Below, in pieces: positions 27,388 through 36,329 of a stretch of 42,538 bases of DNA. The translations under genes and the position numbers were made by a program. Each line of letters opens with the position of its first letter. Position 1 is the stretch's first letter. This stretch comes from Candidatus Nanopelagicales bacterium (lineage in GTDB: Bacteria; Actinomycetota; Actinomycetes; S36-B12): the NCBI GenBank assembly GCA_044240285.1, contig JBIHZU010000001.1, forward strand, positions 1-42,538, written 5' to 3'. Below the pieces are notes generated by a model that saw nothing but the letters and a program-made list of their open reading frames with translations, searched no databases and was not told the origin of the DNA.

Positions 27388-27588
27388 GCCACCCCAGGCG
27401 CGCACAGACCCGCGTTCTCATCGCTGATCCCCGGGCCGCACGCCCTGACGATCCTGCAGTATCTGGCTACCGTGGGGATCGAGCCAGCAGAGGTGATGGT
27501 CGTCGATCCCAGACCCTGGCTCGCGGCGTGGCGCTCGCGCTTCGCCGCCCACGACATCCCGATGCTGCGCTCCTCCCGGGCGCACTAG
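27384..27588 (+). pseudogene. Frameshifted, truncated 5' stump of an FAD/NAD(P)-binding oxidoreductase
   Basis: GTG 27384 overlaps the permease stop (GTGA). The first frame reads VSHPRRAQTRVLIA. After a shift the adjacent frame reads LIPGPHALTILQYLATVGIEPAEVMVVDPRPWLAAWRSRFAAHDIPMLRSSRAH*. This resembles the N-terminus of FAD-dependent oxidoreductases (VLIIGxGPHALT...VDP..WL..W..RF....I..LRSP) with the GxGxxG motif broken. It ends 11 nt before the cca start. Confidence 0.5.
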
Positions 27589-27599
27589 TCTGAGTCGCC

Positions 27600-29006
27600 G
27601 TGCCGGTCCTTGCTCCTGATGTCTCCGAACTGCTCTCCGACCTTGGCGAGCGGTTTCGTACGGCTGGTTTCGAGATCGCGCTCGTGGGTGGCCCCGTGAG
27701 AGACGTCCTGCTTGGTCGGGTCAAGAGAGGCGATCTGGATCTGACGACCAGTGCCCAGCCGCCGGACATTCTGCGACTTCTCGAGGGCTGGGCGGACACT
27801 GTCTGGGACGTCGGCATTCGATTTGGCACGGTGGGGTGTCGCAAAGGCGATCACATCCTCGAGATCACGACCTATCGCTCAGAGGAATACGACCCCGATT
27901 CTCGAAAGCCCGAGGTCACGTTTGGGTCTTCTCTGATTGGTGACTTGGGCCGGCGAGACTTCACGGCAAATTCCATGGCGCTGCGATTGCCGGAGATGGA
28001 GTTCGTCGATCCATTCGGTGGAGTCAATGACCTTGCTGCGCGCGTGTTACGAACGCCATCGACTCCAGAGCAGTCGTTTAGCGACGATCCGTTGCGCATG
28101 ATGCGTGCGGCGCGTTTCGCATCTCAACTAGATTTCACGGTCGCTGAAGAAGTTGTCGAAGCAATGACTGCGATGGCCGAGCGCATCGCGATCGTGTCGG
28201 CTGAGCGAGTACGCGAAGAACTCGTTCGACTAGTTTTGTCTCCTAGCCCACGTGCTGGTCTCACCTTGCTGGTCGATACAGGGCTTGCAGCATACGTCGT
28301 GCCCGAATTGCCAGCATTGCAACTCGAGCTAGATGAGCATCACCGACACAAGGACGTGTACGAGCATTCCATCGTCGTCCTTGAGCAGGCAATTGCGCTG
28401 GAGACTATGCACATGCCAACCTCCGAGCCCGACTTGATTTTGCGGATGGCCGCGCTCCTTCATGACATTGGTAAGCCGCGTACGCGCCGGTTTGAGGATG
28501 GCGGTGGAGTGTCTTTCCATCATCACGAGGTGGTAGGTGCTCGGATGGTGCGCAAACGATTGACGGCATTGCGCTTCTCCAATGATGAGATTGAGCAAAT
28601 TTCACGTCTGACCGAACTGCACCTGCGGTTCCATGGGTACGGCTCAGGTGAATGGACCGACTCTGCTGTACGGCGTTATGTGCGAGACGCTGGAGACTTA
28701 CTAGTGCGTCTTCACAAGCTGACACGTGCCGACTGTACAACGCGCAATGCCAAGCGAGCAGCGATGCTGCAGCGCACCTACGACTCCCTAGAGGAGCGCA
28801 TCGAGGTACTGGCGGCGGAAGAGGAACTTGCGGCAATTCGTCCCGATCTTGACGGAGCAGACATCATGCGAATCCTCAGCATCCCGGCTGGACCCGCAGT
28901 GGGTGAGGCGTACCGCTTCTTGCTCGAACTACGACTTGATCGCGGTCCGCTAGATTCGGCCGTTGCTGAGGCTGAACTCCGCGACTGGTGGTCCACCCGA
29001 AATTAG
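27600..29006 (+). CDS. cca: CCA-adding tRNA nucleotidyltransferase (PcnA-type, with HD domain)
   Basis: ALVGGPVRDVLLGR...DLDLTT (pol-beta NT fold), RRDFTANSMA, SDDPLRMMRAARF and HD domain LLHDIGKP. GTG start at 27600. Confidence 0.92.
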   Translation: MPVLAPDVSELLSDLGERFRTAGFEIALVGGPVRDVLLGRVKRGDLDLTTSAQPPDILRLLEGWADTVWDVGIRFGTVGCRKGDHILEITTYRSEEYDPDSRKPEVTFGSSLIGDLGRRDFTANSMALRLPEMEFVDPFGGVNDLAARVLRTPSTPEQSFSDDPLRMMRAARFASQLDFTVAEEVVEAMTAMAERIAIVSAERVREELVRLVLSPSPRAGLTLLVDTGLAAYVVPELPALQLELDEHHRHKDVYEHSIVVLEQAIALETMHMPTSEPDLILRMAALLHDIGKPRTRRFEDGGGVSFHHHEVVGARMVRKRLTALRFSNDEIEQISRLTELHLRFHGYGSGEWTDSAVRRYVRDAGDLLVRLHKLTRADCTTRNAKRAAMLQRTYDSLEERIEVLAAEEELAAIRPDLDGADIMRILSIPAGPAVGEAYRFLLELRLDRGPLDSAVAEAELRDWWSTRN

Positions 29007-30256
29007 TTGGAAACGCTTGTCTCTGTCGAAGCCTCTGGTCGAGACGATGGAATCGCCTCGATTACTTCGACGATGAGCAGGATTACCAGTGCGAGAAGGG
29101 TCCACAGCAGCGTGCGGGTTACGGTCATCTGCCCGCCGAGGAGGACTGCGACGAACAAAAGCCCGGCAATCACACCGCGTACCCAGCGACCGTGTTTTTG
29201 TAGCCAGACACCCACGCTCGTCAGTGGACCATTGGGGAAATTGCTCGCAAGCGATTCTGTGGCGCGCTTTGTTCCGACGCGGAGTTGTCGTGCGGCTCCA
29301 GTACGACCGAGGTAGAAGCCGACGATGATCATGCCGATGCCGACGAGCAAGAGGCTCCATACGGAGTTGGCAAGATAACTGAAGAGAGTTGTGTAGAACA
29401 CGTTGGATGCTGGACCGAATGGTGTGCCGGCTAGTTGGTTGACGAAGACGTTTTCGCCAATGGAGAGGGCGACGGAAAGCAAAGCGGACCAGAAGACGAG
29501 AAGGGCACCGATCCAAACGACCATTCGTTGGCGACGTCGAGAGAGGACCGCTGCGAGAACGAACAGAGCAACAATTACAAAAATCAGCCACTGCATGACG
29601 GGTGAAGTAATTTCGTAAATCGTCTGTACTTGCGCCAACTGTGGTGCATTCAAAATCACGATAGTGGCGTTGGAATCAGGAACGAAATTGGCAACGAAGC
29701 CCCAGCCGCGGTCATTGAGTGCCTGCTTGACCGCATCAAGAATGACTTGCACATTGAGAACGACTTGATCTCCTTGCATCTGAATTGGCCCAGTCGAGTC
29801 GCCTTCAAGGATCTTGATGAAGGCCTGTTGTGCAGTGAGATTTACGGCCCGCCACAACTTGTCAAACTGCTCGGACTGAATAACGCCATTGACGGCATTG
29901 GCTACAACTGAGTCAATCGCTCCGCTGATGACAGGTACGAGCATTTCAAGTCTGGGGTACTCCACGATGAGGTCACCAAAAATCTCGTTGACGAGTTTCT
30001 CGGGGTTGACGTTCTCATCGATCTTTTGAGTGATGAAGTCTGCGAGAGCCGCTTTTGTAGCCGGATCCTCGCCGATGGGCCCAACGGTGTCGATGTACTG
30101 CTGTGTGTCGGTGAGCGTCTGCTTGGCCCAGTAGCCCACGATGCCGATCGGAGTCAGGATGAAAGCCACAATCACGAGGAATGCGGCGAGGAAGCTGCGC
30201 CACTTCGCGCCAGGTGTGCGAGTACGGGCAGGTGCAGTAGCAGCCTCAGTTGTCAT
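29003..30256 (-). CDS. Conserved integral membrane protein of unknown function
   Basis: 417 aa with an N-terminal TM, an extracytoplasmic region of about 190 aa, then several TM helices. It is convergent with cca with a 4-nt overlap. No catalytic motif recognised. Confidence 0.7.
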   Translation of the reverse strand: MTTEAATAPARTRTPGAKWRSFLAAFLVIVAFILTPIGIVGYWAKQTLTDTQQYIDTVGPIGEDPATKAALADFITQKIDENVNPEKLVNEIFGDLIVEYPRLEMLVPVISGAIDSVVANAVNGVIQSEQFDKLWRAVNLTAQQAFIKILEGDSTGPIQMQGDQVVLNVQVILDAVKQALNDRGWGFVANFVPDSNATIVILNAPQLAQVQTIYEITSPVMQWLIFVIVALFVLAAVLSRRRQRMVVWIGALLVFWSALLSVALSIGENVFVNQLAGTPFGPASNVFYTTLFSYLANSVWSLLLVGIGMIIVGFYLGRTGAARQLRVGTKRATESLASNFPNGPLTSVGVWLQKHGRWVRGVIAGLLFVAVLLGGQMTVTRTLLWTLLALVILLIVEVIEAIPSSRPEASTETSVSN

Positions 30257-30286
30257 GGGCTGAACCTTACGCCAGAGCGCCGGGGC

Positions 30287-31546
30287 TTAGCGTCTCCTTA
30301 CGTACCAAACTGCGGTGCCAGCGAGCAGAACGCCAACAAGCACAGTGGAAATAGGGGCAACCCCACTACTTGGGGTCGTAAATGCAATGGCTGAGATGCC
30401 AAGTACGAGCCCGACATTGACGATCATGTCAAAAAGCGCGAAGACTCGACCGAGATGGTCGTCGGGGATATCGCGTTGGACCACGGTGTCAGACATGACC
30501 TTCACGCTTTGGCCGGCAAAACCGAGCGAAAGTGCTGCGAGTAGGAGTCCGGGAAGACTTACTCCATAGGCCGCGACGAGGATGCCTAGGGGTGTGAGGC
30601 CTGCAGCCTGAATCAAGACAGCCGAGGTCCAACGTGGAATTCCAAACCGGCGACTTGCGCTGGGCGCGCACACTGCGCCAAGAAGCCCGCCAGTGGCGGC
30701 CGCTGCAGTAACGATCGCGAATTGCGTCAGTGCGGCATCGGGATCATTCGGTGAGTTGAAGGTGTTCCGGAGCAGAAGTAGGGCCACCACGGTGAGTGCC
30801 CCAAAAGTCATTCGGTGAAGGAAGACCACAGCGATAGCGCGGCCTGCTGCGCCATGGGTGTGGAGTGAACGCGCTCCGTCGACGAGGCCGAGTAGAACAC
30901 CCTTGAGTGTGTCGGCAGGCCGCGTACCCGACGGACCCAGCAGATTGCGCCCCATGCGACTCGAGAGCGCACTCGCAACTAGGTAGCACCCCAGAGCGAC
31001 AACGAGGACGGTCACTGCACCGATGTCACTGCCGCCAGCAAGAGCACGAATTCCGAGCCCTGCACCTGCACCCACCGCAGATGCGATCGTGCCGGAAGTG
31101 GGAGCGAGTGCGTTGGCCGTGATGAGTTGCTGTCCGGTAACGACATGTGGCAATGAAGCGGAGAGTCCAGCCAGAATGAATCTGCTGATACCTAAGGAAA
31201 CCAAGACAACAATTCCCAAATCGAGGCCATCATGGCCTAGCCACGTGATGTAGGCGAGCAGGATGATGAGTCCAGCGCGAACGAGATTGGCGTAGACCAG
31301 CACCTGTCTGCGCCGCCACCGATCAAGGAACACGCCAGCAAAGGGACCTACGATCGAGTACGGCAGGAAGAGAATCGTAAAGGCAAGTGCGATACGAACG
31401 GCGTCAGGTTCGCGCTCAGGGGAGAACAACACGAAGGTGGCGAGTGCTGCCTGGACCATTCCGTCACCGAACTGGCCAATGAGGCGTACGCCGTACAGCT
31501 TGCGGAAGTCACGGCTCGCAAGAACCGAACGCAAGTTTCCAGCCAC
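30287..31546 (-). CDS. MFS transporter
   Basis: 419 aa, about 12 TM. N-terminal FRKLYGVRLIGQFGDGMVQAAL and the loop DRWRRRQVL are typical of the MFS_3/EntS-like family. Confidence 0.85.
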   Translation of the reverse strand: MAGNLRSVLASRDFRKLYGVRLIGQFGDGMVQAALATFVLFSPEREPDAVRIALAFTILFLPYSIVGPFAGVFLDRWRRRQVLVYANLVRAGLIILLAYITWLGHDGLDLGIVVLVSLGISRFILAGLSASLPHVVTGQQLITANALAPTSGTIASAVGAGAGLGIRALAGGSDIGAVTVLVVALGCYLVASALSSRMGRNLLGPSGTRPADTLKGVLLGLVDGARSLHTHGAAGRAIAVVFLHRMTFGALTVVALLLLRNTFNSPNDPDAALTQFAIVTAAAATGGLLGAVCAPSASRRFGIPRWTSAVLIQAAGLTPLGILVAAYGVSLPGLLLAALSLGFAGQSVKVMSDTVVQRDIPDDHLGRVFALFDMIVNVGLVLGISAIAFTTPSSGVAPISTVLVGVLLAGTAVWYVRRR

Positions 31547-31601
31547 GGAACGAAGGCTATCTGCACTGGCCCCGCCGCGACACAGCCCGTAATGTCGAGT
31601 T

Positions 31602-31835
31602 GTGGACCAACTTGATGATCGCGACTGGCTGCTTCCGCGCCCGAGTCGTCTGAGCGTCGAGAATCCGCTGTACGAAGAGATAATGCGACGACATGCGGGT
31701 GCGGTGGCGGCGGGAGAGGGCGGCTACCTCGATCCAAGCACCGGATTTTTCGTCATGACAGCCGTTTTTCTTGCCAGGCGCGAGACCTGCTGCACGCGAG
31801 GGTGTCGACACTGCCCCTATGAGTACGACGTGTAA
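31602..31835 (+). CDS. DUF5522-like small protein with C-terminal Cys cluster
   Basis: 77 aa with GTG start. C-terminal ARRETCCTRGCRHCPYEY matches the DUF5522 signature as I remember it. Confidence 0.65.
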   Translation: MDQLDDRDWLLPRPSRLSVENPLYEEIMRRHAGAVAAGEGGYLDPSTGFFVMTAVFLARRETCCTRGCRHCPYEYDV

Positions 31836-31855
31836 TCAGCTCGCAAGATGCTTGC

Positions 31856-32896
31856 TTAGCGCGCCATCTCCTCAGCGATTGCGGCCACAAATTCATCGAC
31901 ATCGGCTTCGGTGGTGTCCCAGGCGCACATCCATCGGACCTCGCCGGTGACGTGATCCCACGTATAGAAGTGGAAGCGATCCTGTAGTCGGGCGGTTACG
32001 TCAGCGGGAAGGATTGCGAAGATTGCATTCGCCTGGACGGGGCGGACCACCTGCACACCCGAGATCTGACGTACACCCTCACTCAGACGCTGGGCCATCG
32101 CATTAGCGTGACCGGCATTTCGTAACCACAGGTCGTCACTGAGCAGTGCAACCAGTTGTGCGCTGATGAACCGCATCTTGCTTGCGAGTTGCATATTCGT
32201 CTTTCGGACGAAGGGGATTGCCTCACTTAACTCCGGGCGCAAACTGATAACCGCTTCTGCACCCATGGTGCCATTCTTGGTGGCCCCAAAACTCACTGCA
32301 TCAATTCCAATATCAGTCGTAAACTCTTTGAACGAACGACCTAACGATGCGGCGGCGTTGGAGATGCGGGCACCGTCGAGATGCACGAGCATTCCCAGCG
32401 AATGCGCATGAGAGACCAAGTGCTTGAGTTCATCAACGCTGTAGACGGTGCCGAGTTCGGTGGATTGAGTGACAGTGACAACGCGTGGCTGTGCGCGATG
32501 GACATTGCCAAATCCGAAGGCCTGTGTGTCGAGCAGCTCTGGAGTCAACTTCCCATCAGGAGTGGGTACAGTCCAGAGCTTCAGGCCAGCAACCTTCTCT
32601 GGTGCACCACCTTCGTCGGAGTTGACGTGTGCCGAGGCTGCACACACGACCGCCTCCCACGGGCGACACATCGAAGTGAGCGCAGTGACATTGGCCCCAG
32701 TGCCGTTAAAGACGGGGAAGACAGCCGCATGATCACCAAAGTGATGACGGACGATCTCCCTTAGGGCTCCAGTGACGTCGTCGTCGCCGTATGACACCTG
32801 ATGGGCATCGTTGACGTCACTCATGGCAGTAAGGACTGCGGGGTGGATCCCAGCGTAGTTATCGCTGGCGAATCCCCGCCATGTTCCTGGCTGCAT
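31856..32896 (-). CDS. ltaE: Low-specificity L-threonine aldolase family (beta-eliminating lyase fold)
   Basis: 346 aa with FASDNYAGIHPAVLTAM, FNGTGANVTAL and the PLP lysine region DAVSFGATKNG. Confidence 0.82.
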   Translation of the reverse strand: MQPGTWRGFASDNYAGIHPAVLTAMSDVNDAHQVSYGDDDVTGALREIVRHHFGDHAAVFPVFNGTGANVTALTSMCRPWEAVVCAASAHVNSDEGGAPEKVAGLKLWTVPTPDGKLTPELLDTQAFGFGNVHRAQPRVVTVTQSTELGTVYSVDELKHLVSHAHSLGMLVHLDGARISNAAASLGRSFKEFTTDIGIDAVSFGATKNGTMGAEAVISLRPELSEAIPFVRKTNMQLASKMRFISAQLVALLSDDLWLRNAGHANAMAQRLSEGVRQISGVQVVRPVQANAIFAILPADVTARLQDRFHFYTWDHVTGEVRWMCAWDTTEADVDEFVAAIAEEMAR

Positions 32897-32920
32897 CGCG
32901 ACCTCCCAATAAGAAGGAGG

Positions 32921-34000
32921 CTACCGCTCTATCTCACCGCGGATGAACTGCTCCACACGCTCACGGCACTCGTCGTCTGCGTACTGCTCGGGTGGCGACT
33001 TCATGAAGTAGGAAGAAGCGGAGAGAAGCGGGCCACCAATGCCACGGTCCATGCCGATCTTGGCGGCGCGGATTGCATCGATGATGACGCCAGCGCTGTT
33101 GGGGGAATCCCATACCTCGAGCTTGTATTCGAGGTTAAGCGGTACGTCGCCGAATGCCTTGCCCTCGAGGCGCACGAATGCCCACTTGCGATCATCGAGC
33201 CAGGCGACATAGTCCGACGGTCCAATATGGATATCGCGGGCTGCCATCTTGCGGTCGATTTGCGAGGTGACGGACTGTGTCTTGGAGATCTTCTTTGACT
33301 CAAGGCGATCGCGCTCGAGCATGTTCATGAAGTCCATGTTGCCGCCGACGTTGAGCTGGTAGGTGCGTTGCACCTCGACACCCCGATCTTCGAACAGTTT
33401 GGCGAGTACGCGGTGGGTGATGGTTGCACCCACCTGCGACTTGATGTCGTCGCCAACAATTGGCACGCCGGCCTTGGTGAACTTGTCGGCCCACTCAGGT
33501 GTGCCGGCAATGAAGACAGGAAGTGCATTGACAAAGCCAACACCTGCATCAATTGCGCACTGTGCGTAGAAGCGCGCGGCCTGCTCGGATCCCACGGGCA
33601 GGTAGCACACTAGAACGTCCACATTGCGTTCACGGAGTACAGCGACCACATCTACTGGCTCTGCGTCGGACTCGGTGATCATCTCGCGGTAGTACTTGCC
33701 TAGGCCGTCAAAGGTGTGACCACGTTGCACCATGAGGCCAGTTGGCGGCACATCGCAGATCTTGATGGTGTTGTTCTCGCTGGCGGTGATGGCGTGTGCG
33801 AGGTCTTGTCCGACCTTCTTCGCGTCGACATCAAACGCAGCAACGAACTGCACATCACTGACGTGGTACTTGCCGAACTGGACGTGCATGAGGCCAGGCA
33901 CGCGGCCAGACGGATCTGCGTCCTTGTAGTACTCGACACCCTGTACGAGTGAAGATGCACAGTTGCCGACGCCAACGATCGCGACGCGAATCGGGTTCAT
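32921..34000 (-). CDS. ino1: myo-Inositol-1-phosphate (inositol-3-phosphate) synthase
   Basis: 359 aa with [23 protein letters not shown] and conserved [29 protein letters not shown]. Forms an operon with the upstream padR, as at Rv0046c/Rv0047c. Confidence 0.93.
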   Translation of the reverse strand: MNPIRVAIVGVGNCASSLVQGVEYYKDADPSGRVPGLMHVQFGKYHVSDVQFVAAFDVDAKKVGQDLAHAITASENNTIKICDVPPTGLMVQRGHTFDGLGKYYREMITESDAEPVDVVAVLRERNVDVLVCYLPVGSEQAARFYAQCAIDAGVGFVNALPVFIAGTPEWADKFTKAGVPIVGDDIKSQVGATITHRVLAKLFEDRGVEVQRTYQLNVGGNMDFMNMLERDRLESKKISKTQSVTSQIDRKMAARDIHIGPSDYVAWLDDRKWAFVRLEGKAFGDVPLNLEYKLEVWDSPNSAGVIIDAIRAAKIGMDRGIGGPLLSASSYFMKSPPEQYADDECRERVEQFIRGEIER

Positions 34001-34569
34001 GACTTGTCCTTTCGGGGTTGGGATCCTGCTTCATCTGTAATCAGATCGGTGAGCCAGCGCACTTCACGCTCGACTCCTTCGAGTCCGTGCTGCTGCATAC
34101 GCAGGGTGTATTCGTCGACACGTTCGGTGCCACGGGCAAGTGATGTGCGCAAAGCAGCGAGACGCTCCTCCATGCGTGACCGGCGGCCCAACAGGATGCG
34201 CATGCGGGCCTCGGCAGGGGTGCGGCCGAAGAAAGCCATGTGGGCGTTAAAGGCTTCGTCGTCCCAAGAGTCTGGGCCAGCATCGGCGACCAAACGCTCG
34301 AAACGGTCCTTGCCATCGGCCGTGAGTGTGTAGACGATCCGGGCTCGCTTGCCCGACATCACGGGCGCTGCCTGGTCGCTGGTCACGTCTTCGGTAATGA
34401 GCCCGCGTTCGACGAGCTCCTTTAGGGCCGGATAAAGGGAGCCGTACGAGATCGCCCGGATGGGCCCGAGGACCGAGGTCATGCGCTTGCGCAACTCGTA
34501 GCCATGCAAAGGGGCATCGTGGAGCAGGCCGAGAATGGCCAACTCCAAGACATCACTGCGCTTCGCCAC
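33997..34569 (-). CDS. PadR family transcriptional regulator
   Basis: [21 protein letters not shown]...[18 protein letters not shown] is a winged-helix PadR motif. 4-nt overlap with ino1. Confidence 0.9.
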   Translation of the reverse strand: MAKRSDVLELAILGLLHDAPLHGYELRKRMTSVLGPIRAISYGSLYPALKELVERGLITEDVTSDQAAPVMSGKRARIVYTLTADGKDRFERLVADAGPDSWDDEAFNAHMAFFGRTPAEARMRILLGRRSRMEERLAALRTSLARGTERVDEYTLRMQQHGLEGVEREVRWLTDLITDEAGSQPRKDKS

Positions 34570-34679
34570 GAGGGTCCTTTCGGGGGGACTGGGGAAACCG
34601 CGAGGTCGACCCGTCCAGATATATCGGAATGATACATCACAGCGATGCCTCGGCGCAGGGTGCCAGCCAAGTTGCGAAT

Positions 34680-34721
34680 GGCGCCTAGCGAGGGACGGCG
34701 CCTAGCGAGGGACGGCGCCTG
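34680..34721. repeat. 17-bp tandem repeat (2.5 copies) in the padR / beta-propeller divergent intergenic region
   Basis: GGCGCCTAGCGAGGGAC at 34680-34696 and 34697-34713, followed by partial GGCGCCTG at 34714-21. Confidence 0.9.
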
Positions 34722-34779
34722 TCAGACGGAATTCCTTCCTTGAGTCGCACACCGACCGCCGACCGGTAGCCTCTGGTCT

Positions 34780-35766
34780 ATGAAGCGAGTCGTTGCCCTA
34801 GCCCTGTCCCTCGTTACTGGGGCTGGACTCGCAGTGTCTCTTCAGGCGCCGGCCTCAGCCGGGGACATCCCGCCGATTGTCGTTATATATGGCACCGGCA
34901 AGTCGGTAGAGAAAGGCATCTCCCTCACCGCGCAGGTCCCGGGCTCGGACACGTCCGTGCAGGTCAGCGCCAAGACTGGTACCAACCTTGCTGCCTCGTC
35001 GTCAACGGATGGTCGGGTGGTGGCGTATGTGTCTCTCCGCTCATCCGGGGGCAACGCTTCGGGCTTGAACTTGATGATTCGAAAGGACGGCGTGCTCCTA
35101 CGGCGGGTTTCGATGGAAAGCGTCTTTCTCCCCAGTGTCAGCGCAGATGGATCAATCGTCCTCATGGCGGGTGCGAATGGTCTTAAGGCATTTGACGTGA
35201 AGCGGCAAAAATGGTCGGCATTCTGCACGGGTTGCCCCACCACGAGCATCTCGAGTGCCGCCGTCTCACCAGATCTTCGCAAGGTCGCGATGTCGCATAA
35301 GGATATTGGGATTCAGTACATGGAGATCTATCGCGTCTCGGATGGTCGTCGTCTTGCGCGGACCACTATTCAAAGTACATTCGGCAATCCGGCGTGGAAC
35401 CCAGCCAGTGACACAGTCGCCTACGTGGACAATGAACCGGGCGGGGGACTCGGTGCCGGTGGGATTCGAACGCTCACCACCTCAGGGGTGGTGGCTGACT
35501 CGAAGTTCATCAACAGCGGCGAAACCTCGATGGCTGGGCGAAATATCATGTATGTCTCCCCGACCTGGATCAATAATGCGGTGTGGGCTATTCGGTTGGC
35601 TATCGGCAGTCAGGCGTCTTTGACCGCGCGTGTTGTCACGGCCAAAAACTGGAACTCAGCGCCTCGAATGTTCGGTAAATCACTGTATTCGGGCAACGAA
35701 TTCTGGCGAGTTGAGCTTTTGGCGTTCGTCGGATGGTCCGCGGCCCTGCCTACTCCTGCCCGCTGA
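34780..35766 (+). CDS. Secreted beta-propeller protein (TolB/PD40-like repeats)
   Basis: Signal peptide MKRVVALALSLVTGAGLAVSLQAPASA. Repeated PD40-like strands: DGRVVAYVS, DGSIVLMAG, SPDLRKVAMS, NPASDTVAYVD. Confidence 0.65.
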   Translation: MKRVVALALSLVTGAGLAVSLQAPASAGDIPPIVVIYGTGKSVEKGISLTAQVPGSDTSVQVSAKTGTNLAASSSTDGRVVAYVSLRSSGGNASGLNLMIRKDGVLLRRVSMESVFLPSVSADGSIVLMAGANGLKAFDVKRQKWSAFCTGCPTTSISSAAVSPDLRKVAMSHKDIGIQYMEIYRVSDGRRLARTTIQSTFGNPAWNPASDTVAYVDNEPGGGLGAGGIRTLTTSGVVADSKFINSGETSMAGRNIMYVSPTWINNAVWAIRLAIGSQASLTARVVTAKNWNSAPRMFGKSLYSGNEFWRVELLAFVGWSAALPTPAR

Positions 35767-35813
35767 TCGCCACACTCACCTCGTCAAGTCGTTCCGCGCA
35801 TTAGGCTCTCGTC

Positions 35814-36329
35814 ATGGCCGTTCCGCGCAAATCGACGTTGCGTGGCATCCGTGTGCCGGTCGGTGGCTCCGCTCCCCGCAAGCGTGAGGCGCTCCCGCCT
35901 GCTGAGCCAGTCAGTGATCCCACCACTCCGCGCGGTCTCATTGACTACTCCATGCAGCGCCGGGCGACTCTGCGCTCGGTCTTCGGCGGCAATGTCTTCG
36001 ACGGGCTCAATATCTGCGACGCTGACACCTATCTCGTGCGTGCCGCTCGTTACCACGGAAACCCGACCGGCCGAGTGTGCCCGATCTGTCGCAAGACCGA
36101 TCTTGACGAAGTGACGTACGCCTTCGGCGAGGAGCTCGGTCACGCCTCCGGATCAGCTATCGATCCCGATGGTCTTCCACAGATGGCGATGCGCTTCGGC
36201 GACTTTCGCGTCTACGTGGTCGAGGTCTGCCAAGAGTGCAGATGGAATCATCTGCTCACGTCGTACACACTCGGTGACGGAGTCCCGCGCCGACCACAAC
36301 CGCGCCCACGCGACCTGGAGGACTTATGA
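35814..36329 (+). CDS. DUF5318 family protein (Rv0049-like), four-Cys zinc-ribbon
   Basis: IDYSMQRRATLRSV...CDADTYLVRAARYHGNPTGRVCPICRKTDLDEVTYAFGEELG...FRVYVVEVCQECRWNHL. The stop overlaps the next gene's start (ATGA). The N-terminal extent is uncertain. Confidence 0.75.
   Translation: MAVPRKSTLRGIRVPVGGSAPRKREALPPAEPVSDPTTPRGLIDYSMQRRATLRSVFGGNVFDGLNICDADTYLVRAARYHGNPTGRVCPICRKTDLDEVTYAFGEELGHASGSAIDPDGLPQMAMRFGDFRVYVVEVCQECRWNHLLTSYTLGDGVPRRPQPRPRDLEDL

Noticed and set aside
26144-27599. Whether the high-GC insert is a bona fide mobile element (IS, integron cassette or prophage remnant).
   Set aside because: I found no transposase, integrase or recombinase ORF, no terminal inverted repeats, no flanking direct repeats and no tRNA/tmRNA target. 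I therefore report it as a captured fragment, not a mobile_element feature.
34680-34721. Whether the tandem repeat could be a CRISPR array.
   Set aside because: The copies are directly adjacent with no spacers, there are only 2.5 copies of 17 bp, and no cas genes lie nearby.
35455-35495. tRNA-like string GGTGGGATTCGAACGCTCACCACC that could suggest a minus-strand tRNA T-arm/acceptor.
   Set aside because: The putative T-stem arms (GAGCG/CCCAC) are not complementary and no D-arm or anticodon arm can be built. The string lies in frame inside the beta-propeller CDS (GGIRTLTTSG).
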